This document shows positions 1-8,818 of a DNA stretch of 64,000 nucleotides, piece by piece. The first letter of the stretch is position 1; every line of letters starts with the position of its first letter. Below the pieces are notes generated by a model. It did no database searches, was not told the origin of the DNA, and saw nothing but the letters and a program-made list of their open reading frames with translations. A program made the position numbers and the translations under genes. The stretch comes from a virus (Duplodnaviria > Caudoviricetes). The stretch lies in IMG/VR virus record IMGVR_UViG_3300005440_000009, positions 1 to 64,000 of that record. One strand, 5' to 3'.

Positions 1-323
1 CGCTGGCGAATAACAGCGCGCACGGGCGGCGGAGACTCTTCGGCGAACGGTAGCGCTCCCGAAAACTCCTCGCTGACGAGATTGACGTTTCGTCGCGGTC
101 GCGGAGGAACACGAGTCGGGATCGAAGTCTCGTCGAGACCGACCACGGTCTGGACAAACTCTTCTTCGGTAAAAGTTTGTAGGGTCCGCCGACGGCGGGC
201 CGGAATTACTATTGGGGGCGGCGCCTCTTCTTCTGTCAGAAAGAGGGTTTCGTCGGCCTTCGTCGGCGCCCAGTTGGTGAACGGCCCGAAGGTCGCGAAG
301 CCCGGCCGCTTGCCGGCGGGCAT
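1..323 (-). CDS. hypothetical protein, truncated at window edge
   Basis: ATG at 323 overlaps the upstream TAA (TAATG); frame MPAGKRPGFATFGPF... is open to base 1; repeated EE(E)..P..R segments. Confidence 0.5.
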   Translation of the reverse strand, partial: MPAGKRPGFATFGPFTNWAPTKADETLFLTEEEAPPPIVIPARRRRTLQTFTEEEFVQTVVGLDETSIPTRVPPRPRRNVNLVSEEFSGALPFAEESPPPVRAVIRQ

Positions 324-886
324 TAGTTACACGCGACGGCCGAGTACTGGTGGAGGGTCATCGATCCGGTCGCGACGGTCTGCGTGAAAAACATATCGAC
401 GATGTTAGTCACCGTAGAATCGAAGTTGCCGCCGACCGCGGGCGCCGCGTTCCAGGGGAGGATGGCCGTCAGGGAGCCCTTCGGGGCCGCGGCAGGCGTG
501 CCGAGAATGTCCTCGCAAGTCCACTTGCCCTGACCCATGAAGTTTGCCGCGGTACCGATCGCGCGGCAGGTCATGAGGATCTCCAGATACCAACCCACGG
601 TCGTGTGGGCGGCCACGGTGTCGAGCAAGATCGCGAGCGAGTCGAATACGACGGTGTTTCCCGCGGCGCCCATGCGGATGTCGAAGCGTGCTGTGCCCGG
701 CGTCGTGATGACGCTTGAAATCCTGCCGCTCGCGGTGATCTTGAGCTGGCGGCCAATGGTCCAGTAGTTGGCAGGGAGCGTGAAGCGCGCGGTTGCGGGG
801 ATGCAGGTTGCCGCGGCGGCGGCAGTAAGAGTGGTGCCGTCCGTGGAGGCGACGATCAGCGTCTCGCGCCAAGTCTGTAGGCTCAT
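323..886 (-). CDS. putative beta-rich virion protein
   Basis: 187 aa Thr/Ala-rich, beta-strand pattern (TLPANYWTIGRQLKITASGRIS); in late operon. Confidence 0.55.
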   Translation of the reverse strand: MSLQTWRETLIVASTDGTTLTAAAAATCIPATARFTLPANYWTIGRQLKITASGRISSVITTPGTARFDIRMGAAGNTVVFDSLAILLDTVAAHTTVGWYLEILMTCRAIGTAANFMGQGKWTCEDILGTPAAAPKGSLTAILPWNAAPAVGGNFDSTVTNIVDMFFTQTVATGSMTLHQYSAVACN

Positions 887-892
887 TTCGCT

Positions 893-1372
893 TTACTCGA
901 CTGTGCCGACGGACAACTCGAAGTTCATGGAGGCGGCTCCGGAGGCGTTGAAGATGTCGAGGCTCTGGTTGGCGGCCGCGGGCAACGCGTAGCACTGGTC
1001 GAGAACTAGACCCATCCAGTTTCCGGGGCTGGTCGCGCCGCTGCCGATCGAAAGCATCAGCGTGGGGCCGCCGGTGCCGGAGGTGACCGCGCCGACGGCG
1101 AAGCCGGCCGTGTGGGTCGCGGCTTGGTAGCCAGGATCGTTCGGGGAAGGGGTGATCGCGGTGCCGCCGGACGAGCTCGTCGTGAACCATTTCTCGAGTC
1201 GATAGCTGATGCCCGAGATCGACGTGAGCAGAGCCCCGCGACCGGTCGGGTAAATGGCGTTCACCCAAAGCGTGCGTGTCGCGCCGGGCTTGACAAAGAA
1301 GCAGTCGTTGGCGGTCAGCGGCGTCGCGTTCGAGGTCTGGATCGCGCCCGGGACGTCTGTGTAATAGAGCAT
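893..1372 (-). CDS. putative beta-rich virion protein
   Basis: 159 aa, Gly/Thr/Ser-rich, tightly packed with neighbours. Confidence 0.55.
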   Translation of the reverse strand: MLYYTDVPGAIQTSNATPLTANDCFFVKPGATRTLWVNAIYPTGRGALLTSISGISYRLEKWFTTSSSGGTAITPSPNDPGYQAATHTAGFAVGAVTSGTGGPTLMLSIGSGATSPGNWMGLVLDQCYALPAAANQSLDIFNASGAASMNFELSVGTVE

Positions 1373-1375
1373 TTT

Positions 1376-1589
1376 CTAGTTCCTCGATCGGTAGCGCTCG
1401 GTCGTCGCGAAGGTGCGAGCGTCGTCCGAGTGGGGCCAGTTGCTGTGGTGGTCGCAGACGTTTAGGTTGGGGATGGCCTTGCGACCGAGTCCTTGCACGT
1501 CTTTCTCGGTGCCGTCGGTGCTATGGGTCGCGAACTTGCCGCAACCGTAGACGTCGCAGGGAACGGGATCCGCTTTGGGGTTGGGGCAT
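1376..1589 (-). other. small Cys/His ORF needing a +1 shift right after ATG (frameshift or assembly indel)
   Basis: ATG-CCC-C at 1589 (TAATG overlap); 0 frame stops after 22 aa; +1 frame gives PNPKADPVPCDVYGCGKF...VCDHH... to TAG at 1376. Confidence 0.4.
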
Positions 1590-1948
1590 TAGAATTTCCT
1601 CACGTGCTTGTCCCACTCCGCTTTGAGCTTGGAGTAGACCGAGCTCGGGTCCTCGAGTTGCTTGGCTAATATCTCAGGGGTGAGCGGCACACCCTGCTCG
1701 CGCTGTTCGTTTGCGATGCGCTCCCAGAACACGGCGTCTGGCTCCTTATGGAGATGTGCGACGCCGCCATGTTTCCCCTCGCAGTCGTCACAGAGCGCGA
1801 AGGCAAACGTGACGTGATGCTCGGGGACCATGCCCCATTGTTTTCCGCAGTTGGCACAGAAGATCGGGATCAGGTTACCGAACTTGGCCGAGCGCACGAC
1901 TCCACGCACCTCGCGAGCTCGGCTTTCCGGGAGCACGTCCTCGGCCAT
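1589..1948 (-). CDS. hypothetical protein with two CxxC motifs
   Basis: 119 aa; CANC and CDDC. Confidence 0.6.
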   Translation of the reverse strand: MAEDVLPESRAREVRGVVRSAKFGNLIPIFCANCGKQWGMVPEHHVTFAFALCDDCEGKHGGVAHLHKEPDAVFWERIANEQREQGVPLTPEILAKQLEDPSSVYSKLKAEWDKHVRKF

Positions 1949-2006
1949 CGGCGATAAGCCTACTTTTTAGTCGCCTCGGGCACAAGTCCCGACCAATTGG
2001 CCGCGC

Positions 2007-2390
2007 TTAGCAGCGCTCGACTTTGAAGTCCATCACGATTCCGCCCGCAGTCGGCGCCGAGAATGCGACTTGAAATCCGCTCGGGGCCTTGGCCGGGATC
2101 GCGAACGGCTGCAAGGTGCCCCCGAGCATGGTGCCGATCACGATGTAGTTGGTGTCGGGTTGCACACACCCAGCCGGGAACGGCACGAACTGACTCACCT
2201 GTCCGTTGGCGATCGGAACGTGAAGGAGACAGCAGCCGCCCGCCGCCGCGGCCGCGTCATCGCCACCCAGATTGCCGCCACCTAGACCAGCGACCGCTTG
2301 AGCCAAACGCATGAGAGCTCGGCCGAGCGGCGATCCAAGCTGCACTTGGCTGCCCACATTTTTGACGATGTCTTCGATTGCTGTTGCCAT
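2007..2390 (-). CDS. small spike/vertex-type protein with QLxSPxG N-terminal domain
   Basis: N-terminus EDIVKNVGSQVQLGSPLG aligns with ORFs 2702, 4373 and 18635; short beta-rich C-terminus. Confidence 0.55.
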   Translation of the reverse strand: MATAIEDIVKNVGSQVQLGSPLGRALMRLAQAVAGLGGGNLGGDDAAAAAGGCCLLHVPIANGQVSQFVPFPAGCVQPDTNYIVIGTMLGGTLQPFAIPAKAPSGFQVAFSAPTAGGIVMDFKVERC

Positions 2391-2405
2391 GATTTGTCTC
2401 CCTTA

Positions 2406-2705
2406 CTACTTCACCGGCACCGCGACGACCAGCGCGAGAGCGCCGTCCGGATCGTCGTAGGCGAATTTAGGGGTGTCCGAAGGGTCTTCGGGATCTCGCG
2501 GCAACTCGCGGCGCGCGGCGTTCCAGCCGTCATCGGTGTAAGCACGGCACTCGCCGGTCGCGTCGATCAGATGCGTGTGAAGGCTTCCCCTGTAGCCGAG
2601 CTCGGCGGCCGCCGCGTGCAGGATGTCACTTACGTCGTCGCCATCGAAGATGTTCGGGGGGTACGTTTTTCCAACGACTGTGATCGCGTAGGCCATGGGT
2701 TTCAC
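2406..2705 (-). CDS. hypothetical protein
   Basis: 99 aa, ATGA overlap with upstream gene. Confidence 0.55.
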   Translation of the reverse strand: MKPMAYAITVVGKTYPPNIFDGDDVSDILHAAAAELGYRGSLHTHLIDATGECRAYTDDGWNAARRELPRDPEDPSDTPKFAYDDPDGALALVVAVPVK

Positions 2706-4369
2706 CAGTATCCGTACATGTGGATAAAATCCATTTGGTTATTGGTGGCGCCCTTCGAGCTCTGCACGCAGGTCGGACGAAGATTGGTGGTGTTGAGCGG
2801 CAGCGTCGCGGAAATGTCTGCGTCGTGCACGACGGTGTTGGTAGAGCGATTGATCAGCGTCGTGTGGATCTTGGTGTCGTTGGGGAGCGCCCACATTTGC
2901 ACCTCGAACACGCAGGGGCCGGCCGTGTTTGGGTCGCCGGTCACGAGCGAAGCTTTGGTGATGATGGCGGCCGACTTGGTGCTCCCACCGACGTTGTCAG
3001 TGCTGATGACGGTGATGTTGGCGTCACCGGTGTCGGCGCCATAGACGACGCGGTTACCGGTCGCGCTCGGATTTGCCCCGCCTGCGATCACGGCGTTGTT
3101 GATGCCGATGGAAATGATCGAATCGGTTTGGATGACCGCGACCGCGAAGCGGAAGCAAACGAAGAATCCACCCACTCCCGCGACGGCACCGCGGCACATG
3201 CCGGGGTCGGTGAAGTTTTGGCCGACGAGAATGTTGGCCGACGAGGTCGTGGTGTTGTTGCGCGGGCTCGAGGTGCGGAGGTCGGTGTTGGTCGGCGAAA
3301 CGGTCGTCACGCCGGTCAGGGCGTTCGTGGTGAGGCCGAGGCTGTCTTGCAGACCGCCGTTGCTGCGCGGAATCACGTAGCGGAAAGAACGCGACAGGAC
3401 CGCGGTCCCCACTAGGGCTTGGGGGATGCGAGCGAACGAGGCGGTGGAAGCTCCTGCCTGAAGCGCCGCCGACACCTGCACGTCGTCGGCGTTGACGACC
3501 ACGGATCCATCGGCGTTTTGGCCGACGTCAAAGGTCCGATTGGCGGAGAGGTCTCCTCCGCCTGTGAGTCCAGCGCCGGCTGTCAGCGTGCGCGCGGGTT
3601 GCACACTGGTCGCTCCGAGCGCGGCGCCCGACTGGATCGCGGCGGACACCTGCACGTCGTTGGCGTTTACGACTACCGAGCCATCAGCATTTTGGCCGAC
3701 GTTGAAGGTGCGATCGGCGGAGAGATCGCCGCCGCCCGTCAGGCCAGCGCCGGCCGTCAGCGTGCGCGTGTTCGGGACGGAGAAGGCTACGAGAGAGTCG
3801 AGTGCGGCCTTGTCGGCCGCGGACATGAAGCCCGCGACGAGGTTGGTGGCTACGGCGTGGAGGGCGCCGCCAGAAAGGTTTCCGTGGTTTGCGTCGGTGA
3901 TGACGCCCACTTTGATATCGTCGGCTCCAACGATGATCGTGCCGTCAGCGGCGACGATGTTGAAAGTGCGATCGGCGGAGAGGTCGCCGCCGCCGGTCAT
4001 GCCGGCGCCCGCGGTCAGCGTGCGCGTGACCGGAACGTACGGCCCACCCGCCACCAGCGCATCGAGCGCGGCTTTGTCGAGGGCGGACATGAATCCCGCG
4101 ACCAGGGGCGTAGCGAGCGCGTGGAGCGTGCCGCCGGGAAGGGTTCCGTGAGCGTGCACATGATCGGAGCGCGATGCGAAGAATGAACTGCCGCCGGAGC
4201 CGACCACGCCGACCGGCATGGCAGAATTACCGAATGGAGTTGATCCGCCCGCGGCAATGATGCCCGCGTCGGCCAGGCGAGAGACCAACTGCATCCATAC
4301 GCCGACTGGCGAGGACAGTTGCACCTGTCCCGTCGTGGCTTTGAGAACGTCTTCGACTAATCCGGACAT
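2702..4369 (-). CDS. fibre/spike protein with shaft repeats
   Basis: 555 aa; QLxSPxG N-terminus; 3x RTLTAGAG(L/M)TGGGDLSA(D/N)RTF; 2x VAGFMSA(L/A)DKAALD; beta-rich head. Confidence 0.7.
   Translation of the reverse strand: MSGLVEDVLKATTGQVQLSSPVGVWMQLVSRLADAGIIAAGGSTPFGNSAMPVGVVGSGGSSFFASRSDHVHAHGTLPGGTLHALATPLVAGFMSALDKAALDALVAGGPYVPVTRTLTAGAGMTGGGDLSADRTFNIVAADGTIIVGADDIKVGVITDANHGNLSGGALHAVATNLVAGFMSAADKAALDSLVAFSVPNTRTLTAGAGLTGGGDLSADRTFNVGQNADGSVVVNANDVQVSAAIQSGAALGATSVQPARTLTAGAGLTGGGDLSANRTFDVGQNADGSVVVNADDVQVSAALQAGASTASFARIPQALVGTAVLSRSFRYVIPRSNGGLQDSLGLTTNALTGVTTVSPTNTDLRTSSPRNNTTTSSANILVGQNFTDPGMCRGAVAGVGGFFVCFRFAVAVIQTDSIISIGINNAVIAGGANPSATGNRVVYGADTGDANITVISTDNVGGSTKSAAIITKASLVTGDPNTAGPCVFEVQMWALPNDTKIHTTLINRSTNTVVHDADISATLPLNTTNLRPTCVQSSKGATNNQMDFIHMYGYW
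3526..4024 (-). repeat. three shaft-repeat units (approximate limits)
   Basis: RTLTAGAG units start at 4024, 3766 and 3592; a fourth starts at 5746 in the next gene. Confidence 0.85.
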
Positions 4370-4372
4370 GGT

Positions 4373-6031
4373 TTATGCGAACGCTACAATCATCGCGCCG
4401 TTGCCAGTGCCGACGGTCACGCCGTCGTAGCCGTTCATGTACGGGATCTGCGCCCAGGTGCGCGCAGTTCCGCCGACGTTAGCATCGCTCGCTCCGGTGA
4501 CCGTCGGTTTGGTCGTATACATCGTCTTGCCGCCAGACCGCACACGCATGCCGACCCCAGTCGAACCCGTTCCCCAGATCAGATCGTTGCCACTAAAGAG
4601 CGCAGCGGCTCGTACGTTACCGTCTTCGATGAGGAGACCATCGGCGCCGGCATCGAACACCGCCATCGTTGCGACACGCAGCACGCCGTTGTAGCGAACG
4701 CGGATACCGTCATTGCCGCTCTGGCTAAATAGCGTGTCGTAGTCGACGAAGAGGGTTGCCCCCGATTGCACCGACGGCCGCCCGCGCACGAGGCACGCGA
4801 AGAACGAGGGCGAGCTCGGCGCCGCCGCAATCACGACGCCCGTGTCGATGAAGCACCCGCATAGATTTGCGTTGAAGGGCGGATGCATGCGGCAGCCGTA
4901 GGCGACGGGCGCATTCGTAACCGTGCCGATCGGCAGCATCGAGATCGGGATGTCGCTCTGGGTCAGGTAAACATTTTGGAGGACAATCTGCGTGCCGTTC
5001 ACGCTGGCGGCGCCGCCGTACTGCGCACTGATGTTATTGAGCGTGAGGTAGCCGATCGTGGTCAGGCTCTCGACTACGAACGTGTTTCCGGCGGCGACGT
5101 TGACGGGCGTCGGCGTGAAGGGCAGCGGGTTTGCCGCGAACGACATCGTCGTCCATGGGCTCGTGCGGTACACGCCGCCGCCGAAGTCGCGATCCAACCA
5201 CGCAATGGCTCCAGTGCTTGCGCCGCTCGTTGCGCGGATGCGCTGACCGGTGCGGCCGGCTCCGAGGCCAGCCTCGGTGATCGCGCTCGCGGTTTGGGTC
5301 GCACGGTTCAGGTTCGTGACCGCGGAGAAGCCTCCGCCTGGTGACGTGTAGGTCGTCGTCGCGACGCCGGTGATGCGGAGCACGCCCGCTGACCCGAGGA
5401 TGAAGTTGAAAATGCACGGGTCGGTCGCGGGGACGTTATTGAGATAGGTGACGGTGGTGTCGGCTACGATGTTCCAGATCGTTCCGACGCGACGCTGACG
5501 TTCAGCGTCGTGCTGGATTGCAGTGCCCGCAGTGAGCCCGTCGTTCGCATCACTTCCTGCGACCGGATCGATAAACCAAACCGTCTGGGCTCGCGAAGCT
5601 ACATTGCCTACGCCGAGTGCCGGGTTTATTTGCAGGTCGTTCGCGTTGACAAGGATCGTTCCGTCAGCATTTGCGACAACATCGAATGTTCGGTTGGCGG
5701 AGAGATCGCCACCGCCGGTTAGACCGGCGCCGGCTGTGAGCGTGCGCGTGGGCTGCACAGCGGTCGCGCCAGCCGCGGAACCCGCTTGGATGGTCGGGTT
5801 CACTCGAATGTTGTCGCCGTTGACGATGATCGAGTTGTCGGGGTTTTGGCCGACGGCTAGTTGCGTTCCATCGGGCACGAGGCCCGGACCGGCGAGCGCG
5901 TTTACCTCGCCTGCGGCGAACGAGATAATTTGATCAGCGGCTTGCGAGACGGCAAGGATCCAATGCCCATGGCGACTCGCAAGCTGGAGCTCGCTTGCGA
6001 GGGACTTCGCTAGGTCGAGAATCTTTCCCAT
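4373..6031 (-). CDS. spike protein with probable beta-helix (depolymerase-like) domain
   Basis: 552 aa; QLxS anchor, one shaft repeat, WFIDPVAGSDANDG motif typical of beta-helix domain starts, C-terminal G/V/I coil pattern. Confidence 0.6.
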   Translation of the reverse strand: MGKILDLAKSLASELQLASRHGHWILAVSQAADQIISFAAGEVNALAGPGLVPDGTQLAVGQNPDNSIIVNGDNIRVNPTIQAGSAAGATAVQPTRTLTAGAGLTGGGDLSANRTFDVVANADGTILVNANDLQINPALGVGNVASRAQTVWFIDPVAGSDANDGLTAGTAIQHDAERQRRVGTIWNIVADTTVTYLNNVPATDPCIFNFILGSAGVLRITGVATTTYTSPGGGFSAVTNLNRATQTASAITEAGLGAGRTGQRIRATSGASTGAIAWLDRDFGGGVYRTSPWTTMSFAANPLPFTPTPVNVAAGNTFVVESLTTIGYLTLNNISAQYGGAASVNGTQIVLQNVYLTQSDIPISMLPIGTVTNAPVAYGCRMHPPFNANLCGCFIDTGVVIAAAPSSPSFFACLVRGRPSVQSGATLFVDYDTLFSQSGNDGIRVRYNGVLRVATMAVFDAGADGLLIEDGNVRAAALFSGNDLIWGTGSTGVGMRVRSGGKTMYTTKPTVTGASDANVGGTARTWAQIPYMNGYDGVTVGTGNGAMIVAFA

Positions 6032-6035
6032 GGCT

Positions 6036-6662
6036 TTAGCCTTGGGAACTTTGCACGATCGCGCCGACCGCTAGCCCTCCGACTACGGCTCCGACCGGAC
6101 CTCCCACGAGCGCGCCGATTGCGGCGCCAGCGGCGGCTCCGATGAGCGTCGCCGTACTGAGACCACCCTTGCTCGAGGCGACCGGAGTAATCGCTCCACC
6201 GCCCGCTCCCGAACCAAGCCGGGGCTTCAAGACGGCCCACGCGGAGTTTTGCTGGGCGAGCGTTTGCGCCGCTGCGCGACTTCCGACGACGAGCAAGTGG
6301 TAGAGCTCGCCGGGCTGGCCCTGCATCAACTTCAACGTGTCGTTGATGTCTGCGAGTGCGATCTGATCGGCCGGCAACTCTTGGAGTTGCTGCGCGGCGG
6401 TCGGCAAGCCCTCGAGTTGGATGCCTTGCTGGTTCAGGGCTTGCGGCGTGACGGCGATGTAGCCGGTGGCTCCCGCGACGCCCGTGTTCTGGGGATCGAG
6501 AACCACGTAGCGATTTTGCAAAAACAACATGACGTTGTTTGCAGCGTCAGCGCCGAGCTCCTGGACACCATCACTCGCGATCGAGCCGATCGATGGCGCG
6601 GGCGCGTCTTGCGACAAGCGGCCTTGGCCGCGGGGTGCGGCCAGATTCTGATACAAGTGCAT
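6036..6662 (-). CDS. membrane protein with C-terminal glycine-zipper helix
   Basis: LIGAAAGAAIGALVGGPVGAVVGGLAVGAIV; AGAGG-type RBS upstream. Confidence 0.65.
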   Translation of the reverse strand: MHLYQNLAAPRGQGRLSQDAPAPSIGSIASDGVQELGADAANNVMLFLQNRYVVLDPQNTGVAGATGYIAVTPQALNQQGIQLEGLPTAAQQLQELPADQIALADINDTLKLMQGQPGELYHLLVVGSRAAAQTLAQQNSAWAVLKPRLGSGAGGGAITPVASSKGGLSTATLIGAAAGAAIGALVGGPVGAVVGGLAVGAIVQSSQG

Positions 6663-6674
6663 GGTTTGGTCCTC

Positions 6675-7088
6675 TTAGTTCGGGGGCGCGGGAGTCGCGG
6701 TCTCTGGCTTCGGACTTTCGATCGGCTCGTCGTTTTGGACGATGACGATCGAAGACGAGGCACGCTTTTGATATTCGGTCGATTCGAGAAAAGCTCGAAC
6801 CGCTGCGCGCATGAAGACGAGAGACACCACAACTCCCACGGTCGACACCAAACCGAGCGCGTAAACCGAGTGGACGACTGAAATCACCGAGACGAACACG
6901 AGCACGCTCACGAAGAAACCGATCAGGGCGGCCGACGTGAAGGCGATCGCAAGCTCGGTGCGTCGCTTCAATTGGCCGTGGCTGAAGGCAGCTCGGAGGC
7001 TTTGCCCCTGCTCATCACGAATCGACTGAAGCCAATTATCCGCTTGATCACCGGGGGCTGTTTTGGCTTGCAGACTGGCGCTTTTCAT
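6675..7088 (-). CDS. two-TM membrane protein (start uncertain)
   Basis: two adjacent hydrophobic stretches IAFTSAALIGFFVSVLVFV / VYALGLVSTVGVVVSLVF. Confidence 0.55.
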   Translation of the reverse strand: MKSASLQAKTAPGDQADNWLQSIRDEQGQSLRAAFSHGQLKRRTELAIAFTSAALIGFFVSVLVFVSVISVVHSVYALGLVSTVGVVVSLVFMRAAVRAFLESTEYQKRASSSIVIVQNDEPIESPKPETATPAPPN

Positions 7089-7119
7089 CGTCGTTCTCAG
7101 AGCTTATGATGCGAGCACC

Positions 7120-8115
7120 ATGTCGGGCAAGCCGCGCGCACTCATCACGGGGATCACTGGGCAAGACGGATTTTACCTCACCCGCCTTTTGCTCGAAAAA
7201 GGCTACGAGGTTCATGGGGTTGTGAGACGGGGGCAAAACCCGGATTTGCCCGTGGGCGTGGGCGTCCATCTTGGGGATCTCACGGACCCGGCTACCATTT
7301 ACCAGGCGATCACCGACTCTGACCCGAGCGAGATTTACAACCTCGGTGCCCAAAGTCACGTCGGCGCGAGCTTCAAAGAAGCGTCGTACACGTTTCGCGC
7401 GACGGCCGAGCCGATCCTTACGATCCTCGAATGCCTCCGCGCGAACGGCGGCGCTGCGCGGGGCGTCCGCGTCTACCAAGCGAGCTCGAGTGAGATGTTC
7501 GGGGATGCGCCGGCGCCGCAAAACGAAAACTCGCCCTTCCGTCCGCAAAGTCCGTATGCGGTCGCGAAGGTCGCCGCGCATCACACCGTCAGTCTCTATC
7601 GCAAGGCGTACGGCCTGTTTGTGGTGGGCGGGATCTTGTTCAATCACGAGGGGCCGCGGCGGCCCCCGAGTTTCGTCACGCGCAAGATCACGCGCGGGGT
7701 CGCGCGGATTTTCTCAGGGAACGACGACTCCCTTACCTTGGGCAATCTCGATGCCTGTCGGGACTGGGGCTTTGCGGGCGACTACGTCAAAGCCATGTGG
7801 CTCATGCTCCAGCAGGACGTGCCGAAGGACTACATCGTGGCCACGGGCAATACGCATTCGGTGCGCGACTTCGTGATCGCCGCCTTCGATCACGCCAACC
7901 GGCTCACCGGCAGAAATCTCCAGTGGGAGATGTTCGTGAAGACGAGCGCCGACCTCCAACGTCCCTCGGAGGTGCCGCATTTGCTCGGCAACGCCAGCCG
8001 CACATGCCAAGAGCTCGGCTGGGCGCCGGAGGTCAATTTCGACGGCTTGGTCCGGATGATGGTCGAAGCGGATCTCGAAGACCACGGCGTCGCGTTGATC
8101 CGCGCGACCGGTTGA
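7120..8115 (+). CDS. gmd: GDP-mannose 4,6-dehydratase
   Basis: ALITGITGQDGFYL, YNLGAQSHV, YQASSSEMFG, SPYAVAK, FNHEGPRR, FVTRKIT, LGNLDACRDWG; ATG at 7120. Confidence 0.95.
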   Translation: MSGKPRALITGITGQDGFYLTRLLLEKGYEVHGVVRRGQNPDLPVGVGVHLGDLTDPATIYQAITDSDPSEIYNLGAQSHVGASFKEASYTFRATAEPILTILECLRANGGAARGVRVYQASSSEMFGDAPAPQNENSPFRPQSPYAVAKVAAHHTVSLYRKAYGLFVVGGILFNHEGPRRPPSFVTRKITRGVARIFSGNDDSLTLGNLDACRDWGFAGDYVKAMWLMLQQDVPKDYIVATGNTHSVRDFVIAAFDHANRLTGRNLQWEMFVKTSADLQRPSEVPHLLGNASRTCQELGWAPEVNFDGLVRMMVEADLEDHGVALIRATG

Positions 8116-8147
8116 CATCTTGTAGCAAGATGTTACATCTTGCTACA
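8112..8147 (+). promoter_or_regulatory. promoter overlapped by palindromic operator
   Basis: TTGACA at 8112-8117; perfect inverted repeat TGTAGCAAGATGT-T-ACATCTTGCTACA at 8121-8147 ending on the A of ATG; third ACATCTTG at 8115-8122. Confidence 0.75.
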
Positions 8148-8818
8148 TGGTGAAACTCTCGCATTCTTGGACCCATCAAGACATTCAACGCGTCTCGGCG
8201 GAGAGCCTGGTCGATACGCGGACGATCGAGCGGGCGCTGCGCGGCGATCCAATTCGACCGGGAAGCCGCACGCGCATCGTTGCCGCGGCGCGCGTCCTTC
8301 GTCTCAAGCTTCCGGCCGTGCTTTTGGCCGCTCTCTTGGCGTTCGGGTGCTCGCTCGATTCCGAGAGCTCGCGGCTTTTCGGGAGCGGTGGCGCCGCGGG
8401 CGCGGCGGTCGATAGCGCGGCCGGCGGCGTGTCGCTCGGGGGCGGCGCGGGCGCGGGCGGGAGCGCCGGGAGCATCAATACGGGAGGCGTTAGTGGCAGT
8501 CCGCCCGTGGATTCCGGGACAACGACGTGCAGCGACGGAGAAAAGCGACCGTGCGCCTGCATCGGGATCGAGGGCTCGGAGCGTTGCACCGGCGGCACTT
8601 GGGAAGTGTGCAAGGAAGTGCTCGGCGGGCTCTGTTGCAGTCAGCCCGGGGAATGGCTCGGCTGCTGGGGAAGCGGGTGTCTGGTTTGCCAACAGGATAT
8701 CGCAGGCTTTCCCCATTACATGGAGCACCACCCCGCTTGCGCGATCACCGATTGCGCGCCATCGGCGCGCGGCGCGTGTAACTCGGCTTGCCCCATGCCG
8801 ACGGCGGCCGACCAGTGA
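8147..8818 (+). CDS. LacI-like HTH fused to a lipoprotein signal and a Gly/Cys-rich domain
   Basis: IQRVSAESLVDTRTIERALRG..PGSRTRIVAAA; VLLAALLAFG-C lipobox; GGAAG linker; many Cys in the C-terminal half. Confidence 0.65.
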   Translation: MVKLSHSWTHQDIQRVSAESLVDTRTIERALRGDPIRPGSRTRIVAAARVLRLKLPAVLLAALLAFGCSLDSESSRLFGSGGAAGAAVDSAAGGVSLGGGAGAGGSAGSINTGGVSGSPPVDSGTTTCSDGEKRPCACIGIEGSERCTGGTWEVCKEVLGGLCCSQPGEWLGCWGSGCLVCQQDIAGFPHYMEHHPACAITDCAPSARGACNSACPMPTAADQ

